NCBI GenBank assembly: GCA_024641545.1
Contig: JAHECW010000005.1
Coordinates: 6,067-70,066 of the forward strand
Direction: 5' to 3'
Length of the DNA stretch: 64,000 bases
Source: Acidobacteriota bacterium
Lineage (GTDB): Bacteria > Acidobacteriota > Thermoanaerobaculia > Thermoanaerobaculales > Sulfomarinibacteraceae
The position numbers and the translations under genes were made by a program. Below the pieces are notes generated by a model, which was not told the DNA's origin, did not search any database, and was given only the letters and a program-made list of their open reading frames with translations. Shown in pieces: positions 53,289-62,585 of the stretch. The first letter of the stretch is position 1; every line of letters begins with the position of its first letter.

Positions 53289-53864
53289 TCAGGTCTTCGG
53301 CACCCAGTCTTCAAGTCGACCGGATTCGAACCCGCCTGCGAAGAGGATGCCGGCCGGACGCTCGGCTGCAACTTCGGCCTGGACGGCCTCGGCGACGACG
53401 GGCGCTCCGGACGATGCCTCGCGGACGACCGCCTGCATGAGGTCGGCGGGCTCGGGGTCGGGAGCCTCGATCAGGGCGAACGCGCCGGCCGCTTCGGAAG
53501 GCTCGAAGGTGATGGTTCGAATCGCCGCCATCCGCGACGCCGGCGTCTCAGCGACGGGGGTCGTGCTCTGCGATACCCAGATGGTCCCGACGGCGAGCGC
53601 CACCACCACCGCGGCGGCCGCTGCCATCCATCGGAAACCGCGGCGACGCGCGGGAAGCCGAAGGCCGGCAAACGCCGCGGCGACAGCCTCATCGACCACC
53701 TCGGCCGCTCCACCCTCGAACTGTCCCTGCCACCACGCCCGGCAGACCGGGCAGGACGCACCGACGTTCTCGGCCTCGATGGCGGCGGAATCGTCGAGCC
53801 GGCCGAGCGCGAGGTCGAACACCAGTCGTCCGTGGTCGGGGCAGTTCGGGGAATGCATCATCAT
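53289..53864 (-). CDS. Putative zf-HC2-type anti-sigma factor (single TM)
   Basis: N-terminal CPDH...CPVCRAWW Cys/His pattern, central TM WMAAAAAVVVALAVGTIWV, and an Ala/Pro-rich outside domain. Start ambiguous among three consecutive ATGs. No adjacent sigma-factor gene. Confidence 0.4.
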   Translation of the reverse strand: MMMHSPNCPDHGRLVFDLALGRLDDSAAIEAENVGASCPVCRAWWQGQFEGGAAEVVDEAVAAAFAGLRLPARRRGFRWMAAAAAVVVALAVGTIWVSQSTTPVAETPASRMAAIRTITFEPSEAAGAFALIEAPDPEPADLMQAVVREASSGAPVVAEAVQAEVAAERPAGILFAGGFESGRLEDWVPKT

Positions 53865-53977
53865 CTCCACTGACAAGGACGCTGGCGGATCGCCGAGGTA
53901 ACGCTCACCGGGAAAATCCGTTGATTCGCCCGCCCCGCGTCCGAATCACCGTTTTGCGGAGAATGGTTTAGGCTTCC

Positions 53978-54778
53978 ATGATGGCAAAGTCCCCTCCCAT
54001 CGCAGTTGTCACCGGAGCGTCGAGCGGTATCGGGGCGGCGTCGGCGCTGGCCCTCGCCGAGAACGGTTGGCGCGTGGTGCTGGTGGCGCGTCGCGCCGAC
54101 CGGCTCGCCACGCTCGCTGCCGGGATCGCCGGCGCCGGCGGCGAGGTCCTCGCCGAAGCCCTCGACGCCGCCGACGGCGCCGCCGTCGACGCCATGGCCG
54201 AAAGGGTCCGCGCCGCTTGGGGCGCGCCGTCGCTCATCGTCAACTCCGCCGGCGCCGGAACCTGGCGTTTTCTCGAGGAGACCACGGCCGCTCAGATCGA
54301 CGCCATGATCGGCGCACCCTACCTCGCGGCGGCGCACACCTGTCGCGCCTTCATCGCCGACATGATCGCCGCCGGTCGCGGTCAGCTCATCCACATCGGT
54401 TCGCCGGCATCGATCATCCCGTGGCCCGGCGCCACCGCCTACACCGCTTCGCGCTGGGCGCTCCGCGGTCTGCACGAAGCCCTGCGCCAGGATCTCGGCG
54501 GAACCGGTGTCCGGAGTTCCCTCGTCTACTTCGGCGAGGTTTCGAGCGAGTACTTCGAAGCCAACCCCGACTCCCACGAGCACATCCCCAGCCTCGCCTC
54601 GTGGATTCCGGTCAGCACCCCCGAAACCTGCGCCGGGGTGATTCTCGGAGTCGTCCGCCGGCCGCGGCCGGTGGTCTGCCACCCGTTCGCCCTGCGTCTC
54701 ATGGCCTGGACCGCGGCGCTCGCGCCGGGTCCGACCAGGTGGCTCATCGCACGAACGGGAAGAAGACACGATAAGTAG
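53978..54778 (+). CDS. Short-chain dehydrogenase/reductase (SDR)
   Basis: VVTGASSGIGAA cofactor motif, NSAG, and YTASRWAL (YxxxK-like position). Confidence 0.85.
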   Translation: MMAKSPPIAVVTGASSGIGAASALALAENGWRVVLVARRADRLATLAAGIAGAGGEVLAEALDAADGAAVDAMAERVRAAWGAPSLIVNSAGAGTWRFLEETTAAQIDAMIGAPYLAAAHTCRAFIADMIAAGRGQLIHIGSPASIIPWPGATAYTASRWALRGLHEALRQDLGGTGVRSSLVYFGEVSSEYFEANPDSHEHIPSLASWIPVSTPETCAGVILGVVRRPRPVVCHPFALRLMAWTAALAPGPTRWLIARTGRRHDK

Positions 54779-54818
54779 ACCGCTCAGACGCAAAGAACGC
54801 CAAGCATCACCATCCGAC

Positions 54819-54889
54819 CGATCACATCGGGTGCCGGGCGGTGAACAGCCCGGCAACCGATGTGATCGTGATCCTCTGTGAACTTCGTG
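54819..54889. repeat. Long compound hairpin plus 8-mer words (locus D)
   Basis: CGATCACATCGG (54819-54830) pairs perfectly with CCGATGTGATCG (54857-54868). Nested GCCGGGC/GCCCGGC stem with an 8-nt loop. Immediately followed by CCTCTGTG AACTTCGTG, the same words as loci B and C. Confidence 0.65.
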
Positions 54890-54935
54890 CCGTCACGGTC
54901 TCAACTGTCCCCGTGAGTTGCGCTACCCTTCAGCC

Positions 54936-55829
54936 ATGGACAACACCATCACCTGTGGTGACTGCGGCGCCGATCTCCCCGAGCGCTCGACCATCTGCGC
55001 TTCCTGCGGCTGGGACCTCAGCGCCGCAATCGCGACCCACCCCCGCCGATCGATCGTCGGGATGTTGGGTTCGGGCGGCTGGCGGGTCCTGGTCTACGGC
55101 GCGATCATCCTGCTGCCGATTTTCGGTTTCGCCCGGCTGCGCGACACCGGACCCGGTCCGGACCTGGCGACGACCCTGCGCTGGATGGTCGCCGGCGACG
55201 GCGGCCGCGCCGCCGAACTCGTCACCATTCACCGCGCACACGAGATCGGTGCCGCCGCCTCCCGCTATGCGGTGCGCGAGACCGAGCCCTTCCCCTTTGC
55301 GGGGACGTGGGGGAACGAACTCGCTCCGTACTCGACCATGGCCGTCCGCGGATGGATCCCATTGGTCTTCTTCGGCGCCGACAGCGAGATGGCGCCGGCC
55401 TCGGTTCGCGAGTTCTACGAGATCCGTGAGACCGACGGCTGGGGCCGCGACTACGCAATCAGGACCCGCTTCATCGAACGCGGTGACGGTTGGATGCGCG
55501 AACCCGAGATCGAGGCGGATCTCGCGGCCGGGCTTCAGGCGACGTTCCACACCGTCGATCGCCCCGATCTCGGCGACGGCGACTGGCGGCGGCTCGAGCT
55601 CGTTTCGGCCGGACCCGACGGCGCCTTCGACACCGGGGACGACCTTCGTTTCATCACCTACAGTCTCATCGCCCGTCCCTTGCGGTTGCAGCTCTCACCG
55701 GAAAGGGTGCTCAGACAACACGAGCGCGACTCCACCATCGGGCCCCAGTACTTCCGCGTCGAGGGCAGCGAGTACGACCTCATCGATGCCCGGCTCCTCG
55801 CCGAGTACCGCCTGACGAGTTTGTACTGA
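54936..55829 (+). CDS. Hypothetical zinc-ribbon membrane protein
   Basis: MDNTITCGDCGADLPERSTICASCGWDL zinc ribbon, one TM (WRVLVYGAIILLPIFGF), then a ~220-aa domain with no recognised motif. Confidence 0.5.
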   Translation: MDNTITCGDCGADLPERSTICASCGWDLSAAIATHPRRSIVGMLGSGGWRVLVYGAIILLPIFGFARLRDTGPGPDLATTLRWMVAGDGGRAAELVTIHRAHEIGAAASRYAVRETEPFPFAGTWGNELAPYSTMAVRGWIPLVFFGADSEMAPASVREFYEIRETDGWGRDYAIRTRFIERGDGWMREPEIEADLAAGLQATFHTVDRPDLGDGDWRRLELVSAGPDGAFDTGDDLRFITYSLIARPLRLQLSPERVLRQHERDSTIGPQYFRVEGSEYDLIDARLLAEYRLTSLY

Positions 55830-55924
55830 CCCCCCACAGGGCCACGACAATGGGGCCAGAACACCGGGTCCTGATGATTTCACGCGCGGAGATCGATCGT
55901 GCCGCCCGCAGCGAAGATGCGTGA

Positions 55925-56080
55925 AACACGAAGTTCAACAAGACCCACAAAGAAACCACAAAGTCGCTTTCTGCCTCATCGCACGCCATCGAATGGTGAC
56001 CCACGGTGCGGATCGGAGGGAGCCCGGGTCATTCTCCGATGCTTCGTGGGGCCGTCGCGGTTCTTTGTGCCCTTCGTGTT
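55925..56080. repeat. Intergenic 8-mer word inverted array (locus C)
   Basis: Left arm AACACGAAG...CACAAAGAAACC CACAAAGT (55925-55964). Right arm GGTTCTTTGTGCCCTTCGTGTT (56059-56080) is the reverse complement, AACACGAAGGGCACAAAGAACC. The spacer contains GGAGGGAGC, as in locus A. Confidence 0.65.
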
Positions 56081-56176
56081 CCGAATAACATCGCGGAAGC
56101 CGCACGGATCAATGAGCCGGATGACCCCGATACCTTCAAGCCCCGAGGCCCACCCTGCATCCTCCCGGTCCAGGTA

Positions 56177-59100
56177 TCAGCCGAGGTTGGCGGCCCACGG
56201 GGGTTTGGACCCGAGGTCGTCCTGCAGCGCCCTGACCGTCAGCGGTCCGCGGCGCAGTGTCGCCACCGCCTCGGCGGCGGCGTAGGCGCCCGGGATGGTC
56301 GTGAAGTAGGGCACGTTGGCGTCGAGCGCCGCGCGGCGGATCGACGGCGCGTCGCGGGCCGCCTTGCGGCCGGCCGCGGTGTTGACCACCAGATCGATCC
56401 CGCCCCCGGCCAGCAGGTGGGGGATGTCGGGATCACCCTGGCCGACCTTGAATACCGTTCTCACCTCGGGGTAACCCGCTGCGTGGAGCATCTTCGCGGT
56501 TCCCTCGGTGGCGAGGAGCTCGAATCCGAGTTCCTCGAAGCGCGCAGCCAGCGCCGGCAGACGGGTCTTGTCACGATCGGCAAAAGAAAGCAGCACCTTG
56601 CCCTCTTCGGGGAGCCGCCACCCGGCGGCGAGAGCAGCCTTTGCAAAGGCCTCGCCGAAGGTGCGGCCGCGACCCATGACCTCGCCGGTGGAGCGCATCT
56701 CGGGACCCGGCAGCGGGTCGACCCCCGGGAATCGCTCGAAGGGAAAGACCGGTAGTTTGACCGCCACCTCGGAGGGCACGCCATCGTGAACCCCGAGCTC
56801 GGCGAGACTGGCGCCGGCGCAGACCCGGGCCGCGAGCTCGGCCCACGGCATCCCGGTGGCGCGGGCGAGGAACGGCACCGTCCGCGATGCCCGGGGGTTG
56901 ACCTCGATGAGGTAGACCACGCCCTCCTGAATGGCGAACTGGACATTCATCAGACCACGCACCCCGAGGGCCAGTGCGAGGAGCCTGACCTGGCGTCTGA
57001 GCTCGGCCTGGAGCTCGAGGGGCAGGCTCACCGGCGGGGTCACGGCGCCCGAATCACCCGAGTGGACCCCGGCCTCTTCGATGTGCTCCATGATGCCGCA
57101 GATGACGACCCGCTCGCCGTCGGCGACCGCGTCGACATCGACCTCGGAGGCCTGTTCGAGGAAGTGGTCGAGGAGGACCGGCCGGTCGGGATCGACGGCG
57201 GCGGCCCGTTCGAGGTACTCGGCGAGCTCGTCGGGACCGTAGACGATCTCCATGGCGCGGCCGCCGAGCACATAGGACGGCCTTACCAGGAGCGGGTAGC
57301 CGAGCTCCTCACCGGCGGCCCCTGCCTGGTCGGCGGAGGAGATCATCCTGCCCGGCGGCTGGCGCAGCCCGAGATCGCGCAGCAGCTCCGAGAAACGACC
57401 ACGATCCTCGGCCCGATCGATGGCGTCGCGCGGCGTGCCCCAGATCGGAATCTGGTACTTTTCCAGGTCCCCGGCAAGCTTGAGCGGGGTCTGGCCGCCG
57501 AGCTGGACGATGACGCCCACGGGACGTTCGGCATCACAGATGTCGAGCACGTCTTCGATGTGGAGGGGATCGAAGTGGAGCCGGTCGACGGCGTCGTAAT
57601 CGGTGGACACGGTCTCGGGATTGCAGTTGACCATCACCGCTTCGAAACCCTCTGAACGAACCCCGGCCACCGCCTCGACGCAGCAGGCGTCGAACTCGAT
57701 GCCTTGACCGATCCGCACCGGACCGCCGCCCAGGATGACCACCGACCGGCGGGCCGCGGGCTGCTCGTCGCGGTCGCCGAAACTGCCGTAGAGATACGGC
57801 GTCCGGGCTTCGAACTCGGCGGCGCAGGTGTCGACCCGGCGCCGGATCCGGCGCAGCCCGAGATCGAGTCGACGCTGCCGTTCGGTTTCGGGAGTCGTTC
57901 CCTGAAGCCGCGCCAGTTGACTGTCGGCAAAACCGAGCCGTTTGGCGGCGAGGCGGGTCGGCGCATCGAGCTCCGGGTTCCGCAGCGCGGTCTCGGCCGC
58001 CACCAGACCGCCGATTCGGCGCAGGAACCACGGGTCGACGGCGGTGATCTCGATGAGGCGTTCCTCGCGCCACCCACGGCGCAGGCCCTCGGCGAGCTCC
58101 CACAGGCGTTCGGGCGACGGGATGGCGAGTCTCGCCGCGAGGCCGTCGTCATCCGCCGCTCGCAGATCGGCCGGCGCCTCGAGCGAGTCGCGATCGATTT
58201 CGAGGGAGCGAATCGCCTTGAGGAGGGCCTCTTCGAAGGACCGACCCATGGCGGCGACCTCGCCCACCGCCTTCATCGCGGTGCCGAGGACGGGCTCGGC
58301 GCCGGGGAACTTCTCGAAGGCGAACCGGGGGATCTTGACGACCACATAGTCGAGTGCCGGTTCGAAGCTGGCGGGCGTCGTGCCCGTGATGTCGTTGGAG
58401 ATCTCGTCGAGGCGGCGGCCGAGGGCCACCTTGGCCGCGATTCGGGCAATCGGGAATCCCGTCGCCTTGGAGGCCAGCGCCGACGATCGCGAGACCCGCG
58501 GGTTCATCTCGATGATGGCGTAGCGGCCGTCCTCGGGATTGACCGCGAACTGAACATTGGCGCCGCCGGTGGCGACGCCCACCGCGTCGAGGACGCCGCG
58601 GGCGGCGTCGCGCAGCACCTGGTACTCGCGATCGGTGAGGGTCTGGGCCGGGGCGACCGTGATGGAGTCGCCGGTGTGCACCCCCATGGGGTCGAGGTTC
58701 TCGATGGAGCAGACCACGACAAAGGCGCCCGCCGAGTCGCGCATGACCTCGAGCTCGAACTCCTTCCAACCGAGCACCGAGGTTTCGACCAGAACCTGGT
58801 TGGTCGGCGACGCCTCGAGACCGCGTCGGAGCAGGTCTTCGAACGATTTCCGGTCGAAGGCGGAACCGCCGCCCCAACCGCCGAGAGTGAAGGACGGACG
58901 TAGAATGGCGGGGAGGCCGATGGTTTCGAGTGCGGCGAGCCCTTCCTCGATGGTGGTCACGGTCTTTGCCGGCAGCACCGGCAGGCCCGCCTCGGTCATG
59001 GCCTGGCGGAATTCTTCGCGGTCTTCGGCGAGTCGGATCGACCGGACCGAGGCGCCGAGAAGCTGAATTCCGAGGCGCTCGAGAACGCCTTCCTCGTCGA

Positions 59101-59404
59101 GCGCCACCGCCAGGTTGAGGGCGGTCTGGCCGCCGAGGGTCGGGATGAGCGCGTCGGGCCGCTCGCGTTCGAGCACCGCGGTGACCGATTGCAGGGTCAG
59201 CGGTTCGACATAGGACCGGTGGGCGAGGCGGGCGTCGGTCATGACCGTGGCCGGGTTGGAGTTCACCAGCACGACCCGGCAACCCTCCTCGCGCAGGGCC
59301 TTGACGCCCTGGACGCCGGAGTAATCGAACTCGCAGGCCTGGCCGATCCGGATCGGTCCGGCGCCGAGGATGCAGACCGACTCGGGGATGGCGGGCCGGC
59401 TCAT
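56177..59404 (-). CDS. carB: Carbamoyl-phosphate synthase large subunit
   Basis: 1075 aa. Duplicated ATP-grasp halves ([19 protein letters not shown]... and [16 protein letters not shown]...) and a C-terminal MGS-like domain. Confidence 0.97.
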   Translation of the reverse strand: MSRPAIPESVCILGAGPIRIGQACEFDYSGVQGVKALREEGCRVVLVNSNPATVMTDARLAHRSYVEPLTLQSVTAVLERERPDALIPTLGGQTALNLAVALDEEGVLERLGIQLLGASVRSIRLAEDREEFRQAMTEAGLPVLPAKTVTTIEEGLAALETIGLPAILRPSFTLGGWGGGSAFDRKSFEDLLRRGLEASPTNQVLVETSVLGWKEFELEVMRDSAGAFVVVCSIENLDPMGVHTGDSITVAPAQTLTDREYQVLRDAARGVLDAVGVATGGANVQFAVNPEDGRYAIIEMNPRVSRSSALASKATGFPIARIAAKVALGRRLDEISNDITGTTPASFEPALDYVVVKIPRFAFEKFPGAEPVLGTAMKAVGEVAAMGRSFEEALLKAIRSLEIDRDSLEAPADLRAADDDGLAARLAIPSPERLWELAEGLRRGWREERLIEITAVDPWFLRRIGGLVAAETALRNPELDAPTRLAAKRLGFADSQLARLQGTTPETERQRRLDLGLRRIRRRVDTCAAEFEARTPYLYGSFGDRDEQPAARRSVVILGGGPVRIGQGIEFDACCVEAVAGVRSEGFEAVMVNCNPETVSTDYDAVDRLHFDPLHIEDVLDICDAERPVGVIVQLGGQTPLKLAGDLEKYQIPIWGTPRDAIDRAEDRGRFSELLRDLGLRQPPGRMISSADQAGAAGEELGYPLLVRPSYVLGGRAMEIVYGPDELAEYLERAAAVDPDRPVLLDHFLEQASEVDVDAVADGERVVICGIMEHIEEAGVHSGDSGAVTPPVSLPLELQAELRRQVRLLALALGVRGLMNVQFAIQEGVVYLIEVNPRASRTVPFLARATGMPWAELAARVCAGASLAELGVHDGVPSEVAVKLPVFPFERFPGVDPLPGPEMRSTGEVMGRGRTFGEAFAKAALAAGWRLPEEGKVLLSFADRDKTRLPALAARFEELGFELLATEGTAKMLHAAGYPEVRTVFKVGQGDPDIPHLLAGGGIDLVVNTAAGRKAARDAPSIRRAALDANVPYFTTIPGAYAAAEAVATLRRGPLTVRALQDDLGSKPPWAANLG

Positions 59405-60567
59405 GATTCCGTCTCCCGACAGCGTTGGGCGAATCGCGTGAAGAGTCCGACGGCGTCGTTGGGACCCGGCGCCGCCTCGGGATGGAACTGGACCGCCTCG
59501 ACGCCCACCCTCGGCAGGGCGAGGCCCTCGAGGGTGCCGTCGGTGAGATTGATGTGCGTCACTTCGACCTCGCGCGGCAGCGACGACTCCTCCACCGCAT
59601 AGTTGTGATTCTGCGAGGTCACCAGGACCCGGCCGGTGGCGAGCTCACGCACCGGGTGGTTGCCGCCGTGATGACCATAGGGCAGCTTGACGGTGCGGCC
59701 GCCGAGGGTCAGTCCGAGAAGCTGACAACCCAGACAGATGCCGAGAATCGGTACTTTGCCGACGAGGCCGTCGATGAGCTCGCGGGCGCCGGCCACCGCC
59801 GCCGGATCGCCGGGGCCGTTGGACAGCACCACCCCGGCGTGGCCCCCGGTGAGCACCTCGCGGGCGGATACCGACGGCGGCAGGACCCGAACCCGTAGAT
59901 TCTCGGCGACCAGTCGTCGGAGGATGGAGCGCTTGACGCCGAAGTCGATCACCGCCACCGGCGGCCGGTCTTTAGGGTCCATCGCCGGCGCGGACTCGGA
60001 CGGAGATCTCCACGGGCCCCGGTCCCAGGCGTAGGCCTCACCGCACGCGACCTCGCGGGCGAGATCGCAACCATCGGTTCCCCGCGCCCTGCGCGCGCGC
60101 TCGACGAGCGCATCGACCTCCGTTCCGTCGGTGGCAAGCACCCCGGGAACCGCGCCCGCCGTGCGGATGTGGCGGACGATCGAACGGACATCAAAGCCCC
60201 ATCCAACCGCGACGCCGACGCGACGAAGCCAATCCGAGGCGTCCTCTTCGGAGCGCCAGGAGGACGGCTCGCGGTCGAGATCCTGGACGATGAGCGCCCG
60301 CGCCCACACCCTGTCGGACTCGGCATCGAGGGCGTTGACCCCGACCTGACCGACGTGAGAGGTCGTCAGACAGAGGATCTGCCCGTGGTAGGAGGGGTCG
60401 GTGAGCATCTCCTGGTAGCCGGTCATGGCGGTGTTGAAGACGACCTCGCCGTCGATGATCGCCGGCGCCCCGGCGGCAAAACCGGAGAAAACAGTCCCGT
60501 CCGCGAGGACGAGATGGGCGGGCCGTGGGCTGTCGAGCAGGCGCGGGAGAGAGGAAGTTGTCACCAT
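59401..60567 (-). CDS. carA: Carbamoyl-phosphate synthase small (glutaminase) subunit
   Basis: [16 protein letters not shown]-terminal domain; glutamine-amidotransferase triad region GICLGCQLL ... HNY...FHPE. ATGA overlap with carB. Start ATG at 60567 or 60588; the track's longer start was rejected. Confidence 0.93.
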   Translation of the reverse strand: MVTTSSLPRLLDSPRPAHLVLADGTVFSGFAAGAPAIIDGEVVFNTAMTGYQEMLTDPSYHGQILCLTTSHVGQVGVNALDAESDRVWARALIVQDLDREPSSWRSEEDASDWLRRVGVAVGWGFDVRSIVRHIRTAGAVPGVLATDGTEVDALVERARRARGTDGCDLAREVACGEAYAWDRGPWRSPSESAPAMDPKDRPPVAVIDFGVKRSILRRLVAENLRVRVLPPSVSAREVLTGGHAGVVLSNGPGDPAAVAGARELIDGLVGKVPILGICLGCQLLGLTLGGRTVKLPYGHHGGNHPVRELATGRVLVTSQNHNYAVEESSLPREVEVTHINLTDGTLEGLALPRVGVEAVQFHPEAAPGPNDAVGLFTRFAQRCRETES

Positions 60568-60667
60568 TCTGAGGGCGGAGCTTAGCATGGCTCTTGCGCG
60601 GATTTCCTCCCACTCGGTTTTGCGCCGGCCCACCCGGACGAAGCGCGCTCGCGTATCCTTGAACCAC

Positions 60668-61240
60668 ATGAGCGTTACCAACGACGCATCCGCCTGGGAG
60701 GCCACGGCCGTGCTGGTTCGCCGGGCGCGATCGGGGGATGAACGGGCATTCGCAGAGCTGCTCCAAAGCCACCGAGCCGCCATCACTTCGACGCTGTTCG
60801 CGTGCGGAGTGCGGCAACCGGAGACCGCTCAGGATCTCGCCCAGGACGTCGCTCTGAGAGTGTGGAACAGCCTATCCAGCCTGAACGATCCACGCACCTT
60901 CAAGGCCTGGGTCCGGCGGATCGCCGCCAATGCCGCGCGCGATCACCTCCGGCGAATGGCGGTGCGCAAGGAGGACGAGCTCGACGCCGCACTGCACGTC
61001 GAGTCCGACGACGATCCCCACGTGCAGGCCGAGCGCCTCGCCGAGCTCCGGCTCATGATGACGGCGCTCGACAGCGAGGATGCCGAGGTCGTTGAGCTCC
61101 TCATGGCCAAGGCCGACGGCGAGAGCATCGAGAGCATAGCCGGTCGGCTCTCGCTCAGCGAGGGCGCGCTCAAGATGCGGCTCATGCGGGTACGCAAGAG
61201 ATTGAAGAAGAAACTCGAAGAGTTGCGGCTCGGGAAGTGA
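60668..61240 (+). CDS. ECF-type sigma-70-family sigma factor
   Basis: Start trimmed to MSVTNDAS. Region 2 (FAELLQSHRAAITSTLF...DLAQDVALRVW...FKAWVRRIAANAARDHLRR) and region 4 HTH (IAGRLSLSEGALKMRLMRVRKRLK). Confidence 0.85.
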   Translation: MSVTNDASAWEATAVLVRRARSGDERAFAELLQSHRAAITSTLFACGVRQPETAQDLAQDVALRVWNSLSSLNDPRTFKAWVRRIAANAARDHLRRMAVRKEDELDAALHVESDDDPHVQAERLAELRLMMTALDSEDAEVVELLMAKADGESIESIAGRLSLSEGALKMRLMRVRKRLKKKLEELRLGK

Positions 61241-61282
61241 ACCGGACAGCGGCCGGGGTGGAAGGACGCCCCGCCCGTCGGC

Positions 61283-62473
61283 TTACCTGGCGCCGGGACG
61301 CCACCACGGCTCGAGCCGCCGGCACAGCGCCGCCCACGCGGCATCGGTGTCGATGATGGCGTCGCCGCCGAGCTTGACCAGCATCTCGTCGGCGAGGACG
61401 AGCGCGAGCATGGACTCGACGATCACCGGCGCCGCGCCGATGGCCGTGACATCGGAGCGCTCCCACGCCGTAGCCCCGGCCTCGCCGGTGGTCAGATCCA
61501 CCGAAGGCAGACCCTTGCGCAGCGTCGAGATCGGCTTGAAGTACGCCCGTGCCACGAGATCCTCGCCGTTGGTCACGCCGCCCTCGAGCCCGCCGGCGCG
61601 GTTGCTGTCCCGGCGCAGCCGGCCATCGACGACGCGGATCGCATCGTGCGCCGCGGACCCGAGACACCCCGCGACCTCGATCCCGGCGCCGACGGCGGCG
61701 GCCTTGACCGAGTGGATGCTGACCAACGCCTGGACGATCCGTCCGTCGAGCTTGCGATCCCAGTGGGCGTACGAGCCGAGACCCGGCGGCAGCCCCCGGA
61801 CCACCCCGCCGACCACGCCGCCCATGGTGTCGCCGTCGGTGCGAGCGGCGCGGACCGCCTCCACCAGGTCTCCCTCACGGTCGGGATGAGGCGTCACCAG
61901 GGGCGAGTCGAAGTCGACACCGGCGAGGCCGTCCCAGGTCGGCGGACCATCGCTGACCACGTGCGGTCCGAGCTGGAGCACCGCCGACCGCTGCGCGATC
62001 CCGTAGCGTGCGAGGAGCTGGGCGCAGACGGCGCCGGCCATGACCCGCGCCCCGGTTTCGCGCGCCGAAGCCCGTTCGAGGACGTTGCGCATGTCCTCGA
62101 GCTGATCCGTCGAAGCGCCGCCGGAGTAGTCCGCGTGGCCGGGACGGGGCCGGGTCACGGCGCGGCTGAGCGCCTGCTCCTCGTCGATGGCCCAGGGGTC
62201 CATGATCTCCGACCAGTTTTTCCAATCGCGATTTTCGAGCTCGAGCACCAGCGGACCGCCGATGGTCCGGCCGTTGCGCAGACCGCCGGTGACCACGACC
62301 TCGTCGGTCTCGATGCGTTGGCGGCCGCCGCGGCCGAAACCGTGCTGGCGACGTTTGAGCCAGGAGTTGATAAAGACCTCATCGAGCTCCAGACCCGCCG
62401 GCAACCCCTCGAGAACGGCCGTCAGCCGCGGCCCGTGGGACTCACCGCCGGTGAGAAACCGGAGCCGCCTCAT
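61283..62473 (-). CDS. aroC: Chorismate synthase
   Basis: MRRLRFLTGGESHGPRLTAVLEGLPAGL and downstream canonical motifs (RPGHADY, SARETA). The track start at 62479 is TTG. Confidence 0.95.
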   Translation of the reverse strand: MRRLRFLTGGESHGPRLTAVLEGLPAGLELDEVFINSWLKRRQHGFGRGGRQRIETDEVVVTGGLRNGRTIGGPLVLELENRDWKNWSEIMDPWAIDEEQALSRAVTRPRPGHADYSGGASTDQLEDMRNVLERASARETGARVMAGAVCAQLLARYGIAQRSAVLQLGPHVVSDGPPTWDGLAGVDFDSPLVTPHPDREGDLVEAVRAARTDGDTMGGVVGGVVRGLPPGLGSYAHWDRKLDGRIVQALVSIHSVKAAAVGAGIEVAGCLGSAAHDAIRVVDGRLRRDSNRAGGLEGGVTNGEDLVARAYFKPISTLRKGLPSVDLTTGEAGATAWERSDVTAIGAAPVIVESMLALVLADEMLVKLGGDAIIDTDAAWAALCRRLEPWWRPGAR

Positions 62474-62585
62474 CGCCAAAAACCGCCGAGAATAACGCCA
62501 AATGAAACCATGCTTCAGTTATACGCGGTCCCGGCCCAACCGCCAAGATCGCACGCCGCGGTTCTCTGATATGATCCCTGCGCGC

